64,000 bases of DNA, from positions 1 through 64,000 of the forward strand of contig NW_026854834.1 in NCBI RefSeq assembly GCF_026571515.1. The letters run 5' to 3'. The DNA comes from Ruditapes philippinarum (lineage: Eukaryota). The translations under genes were made by a program, and so were the position numbers. Under the pieces are notes generated by a model. That model did not search any database, was not told the DNA's origin, and saw only the letters and a program-made list of their open reading frames with translations. Position 1 is the first letter of the stretch, and each line of letters begins with the position of its first letter. This document shows positions 48,101 to 58,800 of this stretch, in pieces.

Positions 48101-50626
48101 AGCGCATTGTCAGTTTTCATTTATGTACAAAATGATTCTAAACTGAAGCGTTTCTCTTAGCTATATCACGACCGCTATTTTTTGGTTTCTTTCTGAAATA
48201 ACGTACATATCGGCTTTATTAAAGCCGTGCGCACATATACTATTTACATTACAGCTTAGTATTAAGATTAACCTTTGAAAGTCTCTCTCATGAAAAGTGT
48301 ATTTAATTATGCAGTAATAACAACAACATTCTTATATCATGTTTAATTACAATAATATCCGTTGATTAAGGAATATATAAATACATGAAAAAGAAAGAAA
48401 ATTGTACGAAAATGAAAACAATTAAGGATAAAAAAGGAAGAAAAAAAGAAACAAACTAACACACACCAACGATTAGAAATTTATGGGGGAAAAGTGAACC
48501 CTCAGGAGCATTAAAAACAGCAAAAATTACAAGAAATTGCAGACTCCTGTTCATGAAAAAAATGCAACATCTCTCACGCCCTCTAGCCGGCTTGAGCGGT
48601 ACTCAATTCTCAACATTTAAAAGTGCTGGGGTCAATAAACGCGAAGGATCAGAAAAAATACAACAACACTAAAGTGAAGTACTGGACAACTTTTAACGCC
48701 TGCCACACATCACTTGACAACTGCTATAAAAATCTGGAAACAAACTGATCCCTCGGAAGCAATAATCACAACAAAATTACATTAAAATTGCAGACTCGGT
48801 TTGACTGAGTCTGTACATGAGGTATAATGAATTAGTGCAACATGCCTCACGCCCCCCTAGCACCGGCTTGAGCGGTACTCAACACTTAATAGTGCTGGCA
48901 ACAATGATCCGTCATGACTTCATGACAATAGCTCGGTATTAGAATACGACAATTTCATAATTTAAGCGTAGTGTTATGATTTGAAAATAAAATGACTTTT
49001 AAGAAATTATAGAATAATAATTGGCTTCTTCAATCGACTAAACTGATATATATTTTTTTTGATATCTGATACATGTACATAGATTAATCAGAGTGAAGAA
49101 AAAAATGTTGTTTTTTCGGATTACTTAAAGTGCTTTTACATAATTACATGTATAAGTATATATAATGACCTCACATGAGATGTTGTACAAATTTCTCGTT
49201 AAGCAAGTTTTGGAAATTATAAAGTTAATATAAGATAACAATGAATGTAAGATACTTTTTAACACAATGACTACAAGCATTCAGTTTACTAAATTAATAT
49301 TTGTTAAGTTTTACGGGTTTTTTTTGTATGACGATGCAATATTACACGGACAAGAAGGGATGTAATACATGTATAATAAACTCTTAACTCAAATGATTTT
49401 ATTGCGTTTAACATACCATATATTATTTTATCACACACCCGTGCCGATTTTGCGACTCCGTAAATATGGTATTGCACGGCCGTGCATATATTTTGACGTG
49501 ACGTCATTAGCGTTATACAAACATAGTGTAAAGACGCGTTTAAATGTTAGCATTATACTATAGACGCGTCAATGAAAAATGACTCTTATTTCACTTTAAA
49601 CGGTCTTTATTTTGGGTATGCGATAAATAGAATATTAAATTCGTGTAAGTTCATTACTGAATTTATTGTATCGCCTGAGGCTCGCATAATATAATTTTAT
49701 TCAACTCGGTCAATGAATTCAGTATTAAACTTACACTCATTCAATATCCTCTATATAGCACACACAACATATCTACAGGAAGAAGACATGGATTTTTAAG
49801 GGGCACAAAAATACAATGTAAAAATCAATTCTTTATTGTGACGTACATGTATAAATAAATGTTATAGCTATGCTATTAATGTCACACTGTACATAGTATA
49901 ATTTATAACATGTTTTAAAGAAAATAGGAAATATAGAACTTTGTTCTTTATCTGTAACTGATGGTCATTATCCGCCTTCTTCAGAATAAGAAAAATTAAA
50001 AATAATTTTCAATGCATTTCCTTAGAATAAGAAATTTCTGTTAACTGAAAAATATTTTATTAATAATTACACGTGCAAACCACTTTGAACATTGATTAGA
50101 GTTAAAATACAAGAACGCTTGCAGGAACACGACTAGAAAGGTATCCCCAAGGTCTGCATAAAAGTTCAATTATGAAGAATTAAACACCCTTTTTGCATCA
50201 ACGGAATTTGCTGCTGTTCCTGAGCATTTGTAAATAGAAGAACTATATGCAAGTCAGTTAACTTCTTATAATAATTTAAGTCAGCTTTTGTCATAACAAA
50301 GTAACGCTTCACTTTTTACCTTCAGGATTCCTGCAAACACTGGCAATTCTGCATCAACCCACTTGAAATATCCAGCTTATATCCTACCAAACATATAAAT
50401 AAACTATCCTACCAAACATATAAATAAAACGCAATATCCGTAAAACAAAGCGCAATTTTTTCCCGGACACGTTCTTTAATCTTTCGCATTTTCAATGAAT
50501 TTGTTTTAATTAGTCGATGATGGTTTAAGCATTATATAAGACGTTCTTTTTGAAACATGATAATTACTTACCAAAAATATTCACAATTAGTACCAAAATG
50601 GTAATGAGCACGTTTCTAATCCTCAT
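24142..50626 (-). CDS. Cadherin-like single-pass receptor, paralog A (signal peptide, novel N-domain, 6 cadherin-like repeats, TM, short tail; ~898 aa if intact; disrupted as assembled)
   Basis: Exons (minus): 50626-50572 (MRIRNVLITILVLIVNIF, less certain), 42279-42211, 40484-40299, 39682-39607, 38770-38604, 37725-37555 (duplicate 35693-35523), 34962-34859 (degraded; partial duplicate from 36563), 34210-34045, 33222-33064, 31570-31442, 30766-30644, 30302-30126, 29310-29123, 28831-28588, 27832-27512, 26847-26667, 25896-25796, 24919-24887, 24173-24142. Phases chain consistently. Cadherin motifs: VEN, DSD, IDYE, ATDAD, DANDNPPVF. TM: IAWLSACIAALLVCIGVLAYVIF. Confidence 0.85.
25045..25529. mobile_element. 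TTAA-flanked MITE (Kolobok-like) hosting a nested element
   Basis: TTAA|AGCGGTCTTCAGCT...AGCTGAAAACCGCT|TTAA. Same family as 9366-9694. Confidence 0.65.
25326..25505. mobile_element. 180-bp MITE with CAG termini (hAT-like)
   Basis: Perfect 17-bp TIR CAGTGTCTATTCTAGGA/TCCTAGAATAGACACTG. A clean 8-bp TSD is not preserved. Confidence 0.65.
31740..32833. mobile_element. ~1.1-kb long-inverted-repeat MITE in an intron of paralog A
   Basis: ~31967-32119 is an almost perfect reverse complement of ~32447-32599. Weaker inverted similarity extends ~230 bp further out on each side. Ends are approximate. Confidence 0.75.
33275..33603. mobile_element. Small MITE; related internal sequence at ~47330-47600
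   Basis: TIR-like ATTATGCCTTAGAAAC / GTTTCTAAGGCATAAT. The internal AAAAAGCrACAGATGAAAArGATGGTTCAGGTAATTG also occurs at ~47456. Confidence 0.55.
34980..35122. mobile_element. Palindromic MITE, internally deleted copy
   Basis: ATGAGCCGCGTCACGACAAAACCAACATA...TATGTTGGTTTTGTCATGACACGGCTCAAAT. Confidence 0.8.
36310..36487 (-). mobile_element. tRNA-derived SINE (duplicate at ~38340-38520)
   Basis: Minus strand reads GGGGAGTGATGGCCATATGGTTAAGG (A box)...GGTTCGAACCCT (B box), then a non-tRNA body and an A-rich tail. Confidence 0.7.
36580..36818. mobile_element. Palindromic MITE (~240 bp)
   Basis: Same family as 34980 and 42303. Long arms contain GCATGGATCCAGACCAGCCTGCGCATCCGCGCAGTCTGATCAGG. Confidence 0.85.
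36900..37258. repeat. 21-bp minisatellite
   Basis: Tandem AGCAGCAACGTAATTACATTT variants. Only ~3 units at the matching site of the other duplicate (35145-35205). Confidence 0.9.
42303..42544. mobile_element. Palindromic MITE (~240 bp)
   Basis: ATGAGCCGCGTCACGACAAAAC...GTTTTGTCGTGACGCGGCTCAAAT. Confidence 0.85.
42760..43210 (-). mobile_element. Helentron-associated element with two ~170-bp tandem units
   Basis: AACTAGAAATGTGTCCATAGGACAC..GCCCCC at one end and GCCCCACATTGTGGGGGTATAAAAA at the other. Direct repeats at ~42872-43012 and ~43040-43180. Confidence 0.6.
43249..43688. mobile_element. piggyBac-like MITE (440 bp)
   Basis: TTAA|CCCTTTACCTCAT...ATGAAGTAAAGGG|TTGA. CCC/GGG termini with one degenerate TTAA. 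Confidence 0.7.
43990..47090. repeat. 33-bp minisatellite array, split by a Harbinger-type MITE
   Basis: Tandem AACTGCAACCGCAATTCATTGAGACAATACTTA. This explains the 11-aa periodic ORFs. It degenerates after ~46740. Confidence 0.97.
45158..46132 (+). mobile_element. PIF/Harbinger-type MITE, complete (975 bp)
   Basis: TIRs AGCCTCGGTCTCACTTACTCCCGGCAGAGCCC / GGGCTCTGCCGGGATGTAAGTGAGACTGTAGCT. The TAA TSD (45155-45157, 46133-46135) sits inside a satellite unit, and removing the element restores TACTTAAACTGC. GC-rich CCCGG arms flank an AT-rich core. Confidence 0.9.
47952..48099. repeat. Cluster of GACCCCAAAGTGCG motifs in both orientations; probable DNA-transposon end
   Basis: Six copies (4 forward, 2 reverse) ending in GGTGTTACA. 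No partner terminus was found. Confidence 0.65.
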
Positions 50627-51630
50627 CTTTCTGTATATTAATTTTTAAAAATTAATTTTATTCTTTTCTTATAACAATATGGAATATATTTCCAAATACT
50701 AAATTGCAAAATACTGTATACTCCCTCTAAATAAGCTGTCAGAAATGACCGTCTTAAAAATTGTTTTTAAAGTGTTTTATACGGTTTTACAAAACACTTG
50801 TGATATTGTTATCTTAAAACCTTTGATTCCCGTTTTTACAATAGAGTTAATATTATCAAATCAGAGCATGTGAATGCGTTTTTTAAAAATGTAAAATGGG
50901 TGAACGTTGATACACAGTTGATATACAGTGGTACGACATTTTAACTTATTGAAAAATGAGCGAACAGTATAAAAATTATAATTTTCACAAATCATGTGCT
51001 AAAAAGAAAAAACCGGACCATGTATCACAATGTAAATAGTCGTTTCACAAGCTGATACACAATACAATAACGTATTTAAAGCAAATGAAGTCTCACATGG
51101 TCATTTGTTATTCTATATGTATCTACCTTATCATTAATAAAAATCCTAAAGTATTTGAAAGACTGCATTTCCAAAAATAGATGTCTTTCTTGCCGATTGA
51201 TCTTCCATGTTAAATATTCACTTCAATAACCTCATTATAAGCATTCTTTATATACCATTTACTAACAAATTAAGCTATGGTGACGGGCCTCATTTTTTTT
51301 AATTCGTAATTTAACCGCCATGCATGCGCACAGCTGACTGGGTCATGCTTTCTGTCTTTTATTTAAATAATTTTATAAGTGTGCTGTCTATGTTTATTAT
51401 GACAGGTAATTTATATATATCTATATTTATATGAGTGTTTTGATATATGTTCATTTATATATTTCATTTTCATTTATTTTATTATTTTGCTGGTATTATA
51501 TATTTGAGGGAAGCACAGTATATTATAATACATTCGTAAAAATAATGAAAACATTATTTGTTTCTTTGATGTTGTATTATTTTTTTTATAGATTTGGTAT
51601 CTCCGTATATCATAACAGAAGAGAACTTAC

Positions 51631-51800
51631 AATTAGCTTAATGTTATGAATAACAAGTTTTGACCAGTATAACTTTTGTGCTTCTTGGTCCGAGCAAGGT
51701 ATTTTCACGGCCTATGACGCTACTGCACTTCCACAGAACAGCCAATCAATGTTATATCTAGCACTACACATCTTTTTGCTACGTCATTGCTTATTTACAC
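51631..51800 (-). promoter_or_regulatory. Candidate 5'-UTR exon and proximal promoter of paralog A
   Basis: Strong donor (|GTAAGT) at 51630. The ATG exon has an acceptor 4 nt upstream of the ATG. AGCCAATC (~51740) and ACGTCA (51781) lie just upstream. Confidence 0.3.
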
Positions 51801-52816
51801 ATATAGGGAATTCCCTACCTAGTATACTATCGAATGATTCTTTTATTCAAAAGTTATACTTACCATTATTTGGACTTAATTAATTTACCGGTATATTTCA
51901 TCTATATAACATGATAAATATATAACTTAGCTATAGACTATTTAAAGTTTCTGAATGTATTTATACATTTGGTGGAGTTTGTTTTCATCTGGAATTATAC
52001 CCGTTGATAAACAGATAGTGGTATCACTAATATTTGGTTTCTTGAATACACGTTTGTAGCTTATTGTTTTTGGACTAAACGGAACATTTCATTTGTATTT
52101 TGTAATAATGTATTAACTTTTTCATCATAAAAGATAAAACACTTTATCCGAGCATCATTAAGAATCAAACTCAATCCAAATTCAAATTTAACAAACCATT
52201 GCCTTTTGGTGCCTTATGCAATACATACATAATGAATTAATATAATTCACTTGAAATATGACATACATGCGAATCAAATATACAATAAATATAAAAAATG
52301 CAAAGCATATATGAAATGTTTAATGTATTTAGATTTTTATGTGAATAATTTATTTAAAAAATTACATAAAAATACTAAGAAAATACTAAAAGTCCTAAGA
52401 AAAATTTTGCTGCCATTGAGTCACACAAAACATATCGTGTGGACGCCGAAGGAGTTTTCTTTTCAAACAAACAGTTTTTATTGTTATGAATATTACTGCA
52501 CTGGTATGTTTGCCTACCACTCAAATTATTTTTTCTATAGTACAAGACAATTGTCAATTTAATATTCAAGGAGCATTTGTCAGCCACGAAGGAATCCCCG
52601 CGACTGAAATGTATCCCTAGTATAACATTATTTTTAAATGTAGATATAATTTTTCAAGTAATACACTATTTTTCCGATCGTTTTCGTGTCTTTCGTTGAC
52701 AGTTTTTTTAAGTTGTTAACCAATTTATAATTGACCATTACATTTGTTCAACTATCTTTGTATGAAAAATACATGCGTCAGATGTGATATGATTTACTCG
52801 TCTTTTCTCAGTTTGT

Positions 52817-55800
52817 TCACACCATGTCTCTTCTCCAAGCTTGCATACCTGAAATAAGACATGGGGGAAAATGTAAGTAAGTATTCAAAGCCCGCATCAT
52901 GAACCTAATACTACGTCATGAATGATCGTGTAATACTTCAAAGCTAGTGTTAAACTACATTGCACTCAAATGTATTTCATACATGTTATCACGTTTTTGT
53001 AAAAAGTCAAAAAAATATATTAATGTTGATAAAATATATAATTTAAAGTCGAAGAAGAAATGTGTTTGTAAACAGGTAGCTAAATAGAGCTTTATACCCT
53101 TCAAGGTTTTTTTTCCAATTATTTCGTGAAAATAAGTGTTATTTTATCATGTTTCGTGAAAATATATTCCATATTTCACTCAAACGAAAATATATCCTCC
53201 TAGTATATTCACAAGTTTAAACATGTATAGAAGTTAATATATTTATTTACGTATTGGATTTGGCGGTGGTCTCCTTGGATTTACTGAAAGGGAACAAAAG
53301 TAGTATTTTACTTTTAATACAGACATTAAAAGATCAGTTACATTTAAGAAGTATTATCCTTAAAATAATGATGAGCAAGTACTTATCTTTTCCATATATA
53401 GCAATTATTTATACATTTAATCCAATATGCCATTAGATTATAGAAATTTGGCAAATACAAAATGTAAACTTATACAATAAGTACAGTATAAACCAAAGCT
53501 CCACCCACTTTCATGGCCACTCCTTCTGTTCCAAGAGGAGTCCTCTGCAACAGAATCCAATGAATACTTCCTTCTTTTATGCCCAAAACGTCCTTTTTTC
53601 TTAGGGTTTTGTTTACAACTGGAAAAATTCAAGAATAGGTTGAAATGAAACAAAAAGAAAAAGGTGAACACATCTATCTATTATTGTCCAAATTATTGAC
53701 ACAAAATAGAGAACTTTGTCAAACCTGATTAAATTAAAATATTCTTAATTTTCTACTGGATATTAAGTTTGTATATGTATTATAATCTTGTTTACTTGTT
53801 TTTAATAACTATCACATGCATATAGTGTTTATCTTTAATGGTGTATTGTAAATGGTTAAAAACCCTTAAAACTGTCAAGACAGAAACAAAACAAAAACAA
53901 CCGAAAAATATTGTAACTGCTTGAAAGATTTCATATAATGTTATACTAGTTAAAAGATACATAAAAGTTTTTAACGTGTTCGCAAAAGACATTAAATACT
54001 TACAAAGTTTTTGCAAATTGGCCACACCCATTTTGTCCATGGCACGTGAAGATGACGTAAACAAGAACGCCAAGACAGACAAGTAAGGCAACAATGCATG
54101 CCGACAACCAGGCGATATTCTTATTGTCTTCCAGGAAAGAACGATACCTATCAGTGGTGGTCGTTGTACTTGTGGTCGTAGAATCTGAATAATATAGTGC
54201 ATGGTGAGATAATAACATAGTGCATTGTGGGATAGTAACTACAGGTATTCCAAACAGGAAATGTCAAAATGACACATATGCGCCATAATTATCTTTTAAA
54301 ATAATAGGTTTACAACAATTTTAATAACCATAGTCGTTTCTAGTGCAATATGATATAAAACAAGGTGAATGTGACCTTGACCTTAGACCCTCTACTCTTA
54401 AAATCAATGGTCAACTACTGGCCAAGACCAATGCACCTGTGAAGATGTAGGGCCAAGTGGGCCAAAGAATGGGTTGTCGAGTTACTGGCCAGAAACCGAG
54501 TTATTGGTCGGAATCATGGTGAACATTTAACCCCAAAATCAATAGGGTTTATCTACTGGCAAAGACCAATGCAACTGTGAAGTTTGAAGAGGTTTTCTAG
54601 TTTTTGGTCGGAAACCGTTCTGATTTAAAAAGTGGTTCATTTACTGGTCATGATCAATCTCCATATTAAGATTGAAGTCCCTAACCCTTCTTCGGAGGGT
54701 GACATAATAAACAATATAAATAGTGTTGAAAGAATAGAATATAAAACCATAGCAAATAATAGCTTAAGCTCATAATAATGATGAAACAATATTTGTAGCG
54801 CCTGAATGAAATAGACAATTGAATTTAAGTAATTATGAATTATTCCATTGAAATAATGTCAAAAGTTGTTGCACTAATACGTAGTCTTAATTGGTAATCT
54901 AGGGAAATCCTTAGCCAACAGACGGTGACCAGTGCAGACCAAGATCACTGAGTATGGTCTGCACTGACAGCTATTCGATCACTAAATATCTTGGAACATT
55001 CCATGAAATGGTTTTGTCCAGAATAAAAATTGGACAAGTCCATTAAAGTATTTAGCGGGGTATTGATTAGCAAAAAACATTCCGGTTCTAAATACATTTA
55101 AATATAGTGATAAACATTTAGCTTAAGTTATCTGAGCACCGACAACCTACCGGAAATTATAAGGACGACAGACGCTGTATCTGTCCTGGCTCCTATATCA
55201 GAAGCCGTAGCTGTAACCGTGACTGAAGTACCGAATGCTAACCCACTGCCCTGTGGTGACGAAAGCACAGTTATTTCGCCAGTAGTGCTAATTCCAAAAT
55301 ATTCTGCAGGCAAGGAACTCTGGTCCAAAGTGTATGTTATGACGCCATAAGCACCGGTATCGGCGTCAGTTGCGGTGACTGTACCGATAGATGTGCCGGC
55401 GGATGCATAGTAACTGATGTGGAAACTGTACGTGGTAGGAGAGAAGACTGGTGAATTGTCGTTATCATCAGCTTTTTTGTAAAAGAAAGGAGCCATTACA
55501 TGTATTTCAATATTTTTTGAAAACGCAAGAACTACATCGAAAGAAAACAACGCCTCTGTTTACTTATAATTATGCTACAACGTTATAGTGCATTGTGTAC
55601 AAAACATTTCATTGCAGGTAACAGGAACTTAGAAAAGCGTTTTTTGTTTCAGCAGAGAGAATGATAAGAAATAGAAAATACGTACATATTGTTATTGTCA
55701 AAGTGGCTGTATCTGTGAGGGCCCCGCTATCGGTCACCGTCACTGTACACGTGACACTGGTCGGAAGAGATCCAGAGTCAAGGTCATAATCAGATTGATA

Positions 55801-58800
55801 GCTCACTTGCCCGGATGAAGCCATAAGGAAATATCCGGTATAAGCACCGCAGTCATTGGTCAATGTTTTTGTATCACCGGTGTCAACATCGGTTATACCA
55901 AAGGGCGGTGTCCCTATCACAGTTCCTGCCTAGTAACAGAGAGGAACATAAAAAGTTACACATTTGAGGTAAGCTGAAGCTAAAATGAGCTACAACTGAT
56001 TTATTCAAAGCATTTTATTATACGGATCTACTCACAGTGATTGTAACTTGATGAACGGTAACTGTTACATACATTATCAAATATTTGTTACATGGAACAG
56101 CTCCAACGTATCTCATAACTTTGTTTGATTGTGTTAGAAGAAAATACAGTCTAAGATGAGCTGCTGATGACACTTGTACACAGTTTGTTTTGCCAAGACG
56201 CAGGGCCAGACTTGCTGACAGATCTATTTCTGTTATGGGACCTAAATGGTGGAACGCCCTTCCAAAAGACTTAAAGTGCATTGCATCGGAAATTGCATTC
56301 AGAAAAAGACTGAAAGCGCACCTCTTTGAACAAGTTTATAGATAAACAGTTTCGTCAAATGTGTATATAGTTTTAAACTGTGGAAATGACTTTGACATTG
56401 TAGGATCTTGTGAAGCGCAACAGAATATAACTGTATAAAGTATATAAAATAACTATGATTGATTGATTTATTGATTCATGATCTTGATGTATATTTGTTT
56501 TCATTTGCTTCTGACTTACATTGTATTAGATAGAAAATAGAATACCTAAAACGTTATTGTTAACAATATTATTATTTGGATAATGAAAATAATAGTCAAC
56601 ACATAATTTGAGAATAATACTAATATGGAAAACATACGTTTCCCTCTGTTGTTGAGATTGTATAGCTGGTCTGGCTGAATGAAGGTGCCTCATTTTCGTT
56701 TATGACTTCAACTGTTAGAGTCTTCGTGTCTGACGTCACAGGATCAGACACAGTGACGTCAAGGGAAAATGTCGTTGTTCCGATCGTTTCGTAATCAATT
56801 GCACTTAAAATCGACACTTGTCCAGCTAAATCAAATACATAAAAACAAAACACTTGGATAAGGCATAAAACAAGGAAATGATATGTACTTGATACCTAAA
56901 CTAATCTTTGTTTTAACCACATAAATGTTGGTGATAAACCCTCCATACTGTAATTCATGACGGATAAAATGTTTCATATCGACCGAATGATTATGGTTTA
57001 TAACATAATGAAAATATAAAATAAATCTTCATTCACTTCTATGCAACACAAGGTGTTGTGAAAACACTGGTGTTATTGTTGTGTGAAATCTGAAATACAT
57101 TGTTGATAATTCATTACTCACTAGATGAAATGCTAAAATATGTCAGTCCAGTTCCAGATGTAGCCATTGAAAATATATGAGCCTGTGAGGTGTCACTGTC
57201 ACTGTAGGAAACGTTGAAAATAACCGTTCCAACAGCCGTGTTTTCCACAACAGTTACCGTCAAGGGGAGATTGGAAACAGTTACCGGGTCGTTGATATCT
57301 GTATATATATATTTAAAGTATTCATTATCAAAATTATGTTGAGCAGTTATTATTAGAAATTATATACCCTTATGTTGTAACAACAAAAGCACAAAATAGT
57401 CTCTATCCATATGTGTGTTCACAAAGAACATAGCAAACTTTTTACATTCGGATTTTGTTGATCTGAATTGACGACATCATTCAAAAACACTTTGATACTT
57501 TATGCAAGTGTTATAATCTTCTGATTTCGTAGAAAAGCTAGCAACCATTTTGATAAATAAATCAACGCTTTCAAATTTCAGAAATATTTGGACACAATAA
57601 GGACCACTCTTCTGACCAATATCAAAATTAGAATGAACCCTGCCTGCCCTAAGCTTACACAAGTACATAAAACAATTAAATGGTTCATGCAATATGTTTT
57701 TGAGAAATTTTAAGATATGAACGTTGATATTGATAAAAAAACCTTTGTCAACATGTGTCAATGAGATGAATATCAGATATGCGAAGATAGGGTTAATTTA
57801 CTTATCATTATATATCGTTTCAAAATCTTTTCAACGAAAATATTACCAATAGTATCAAAGACATGAATTTGTTTCCTTATTATTCCGGCAATCTTATGGT
57901 TACAAGCAACATAACAATACTTGACAGAAAGCACTTTGCATCGCAAAAGATCACATGTAAATCCATAAAATCATGATAATTGGCAAAATATTCATGTTCA
58001 GATTTACCTGCTACTGTAATTGTTAGGATTTTTGGACCAACAGTATTCCTAGCATCAGCCACAGTTATATACACGTCATATCCAACAGTTGTATGTCCTG
58101 ATAGGTCCTCTGTTATCTGTATTTGTCCAGCTAAAATTAAAAGAGCAAATGAACAAATGTGCAGCAGGTTATGTAAATGTGTACTTTTATTCAGATCAGT
58201 TGGAAATATATTTAATGTTGTTGTTTTCGTAGATTGAAACGTTGCCTTTATAATGAACAATGTTGTTGCGGCTAGATCGAGCGGTTGACGCTTCGGACTA
58301 GAAATAAGGATTACTGACAGGGGGATAGCAATTGTTACACCATTGCTTACTAGTGGTTGGTACATGGTAACATCAAGTTTCAACCCGTTGATATTATCAA
58401 AAGACCCTCATACGAAATCTCGATGTCAGGTTTTAATTTTCTTTTCCGTATCGGTTACCACCCTTAGACCTTTTAGGTGTTTACTAACTAAGAGTATGTT
58501 TGTAATTTTAATGATGTTTTCGGTATACAAAAATCAAATCCCAATTAAGGTGGTAACAAAATGTTAGCAGTTGACAAGATAGTGTCAACGGAGGCAGCTT
58601 TTCTCAGGTGAACAATCTGTTGTATAACCCATATTGGGATGTGAAATTCATTGATATGATACTCCTAAATCCAGCTTATATAGCCTCAGCAAACTATTTA
58701 TTGTTATTTGAAAATATTGAATTAATATTTTCAAGATGAATATCAAATCTATGATTAAAAACCGAGTAGTGTATGGTTAACATAATTAATCTGAAAATAA

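Noticed and set aside
48480-48900. Two ~270-bp-spaced direct repeats (CACGCCCyCTAG..CCGGCTTGAGCGGTACTCAA) as LTRs
   Set aside because: No TG..CA termini, PBS, PPT or TSD was seen. It is more likely a decayed local tandem duplication.
50320-50383. Possible extra exon after the signal-peptide exon (GYFKWVDAELPVFAGILK)
   Set aside because: The donor is good, but the better acceptor gives a stop and the open alternative ends in phase 0, which is incompatible with the phase-1 exon at 42279. Left out pending RNA data.
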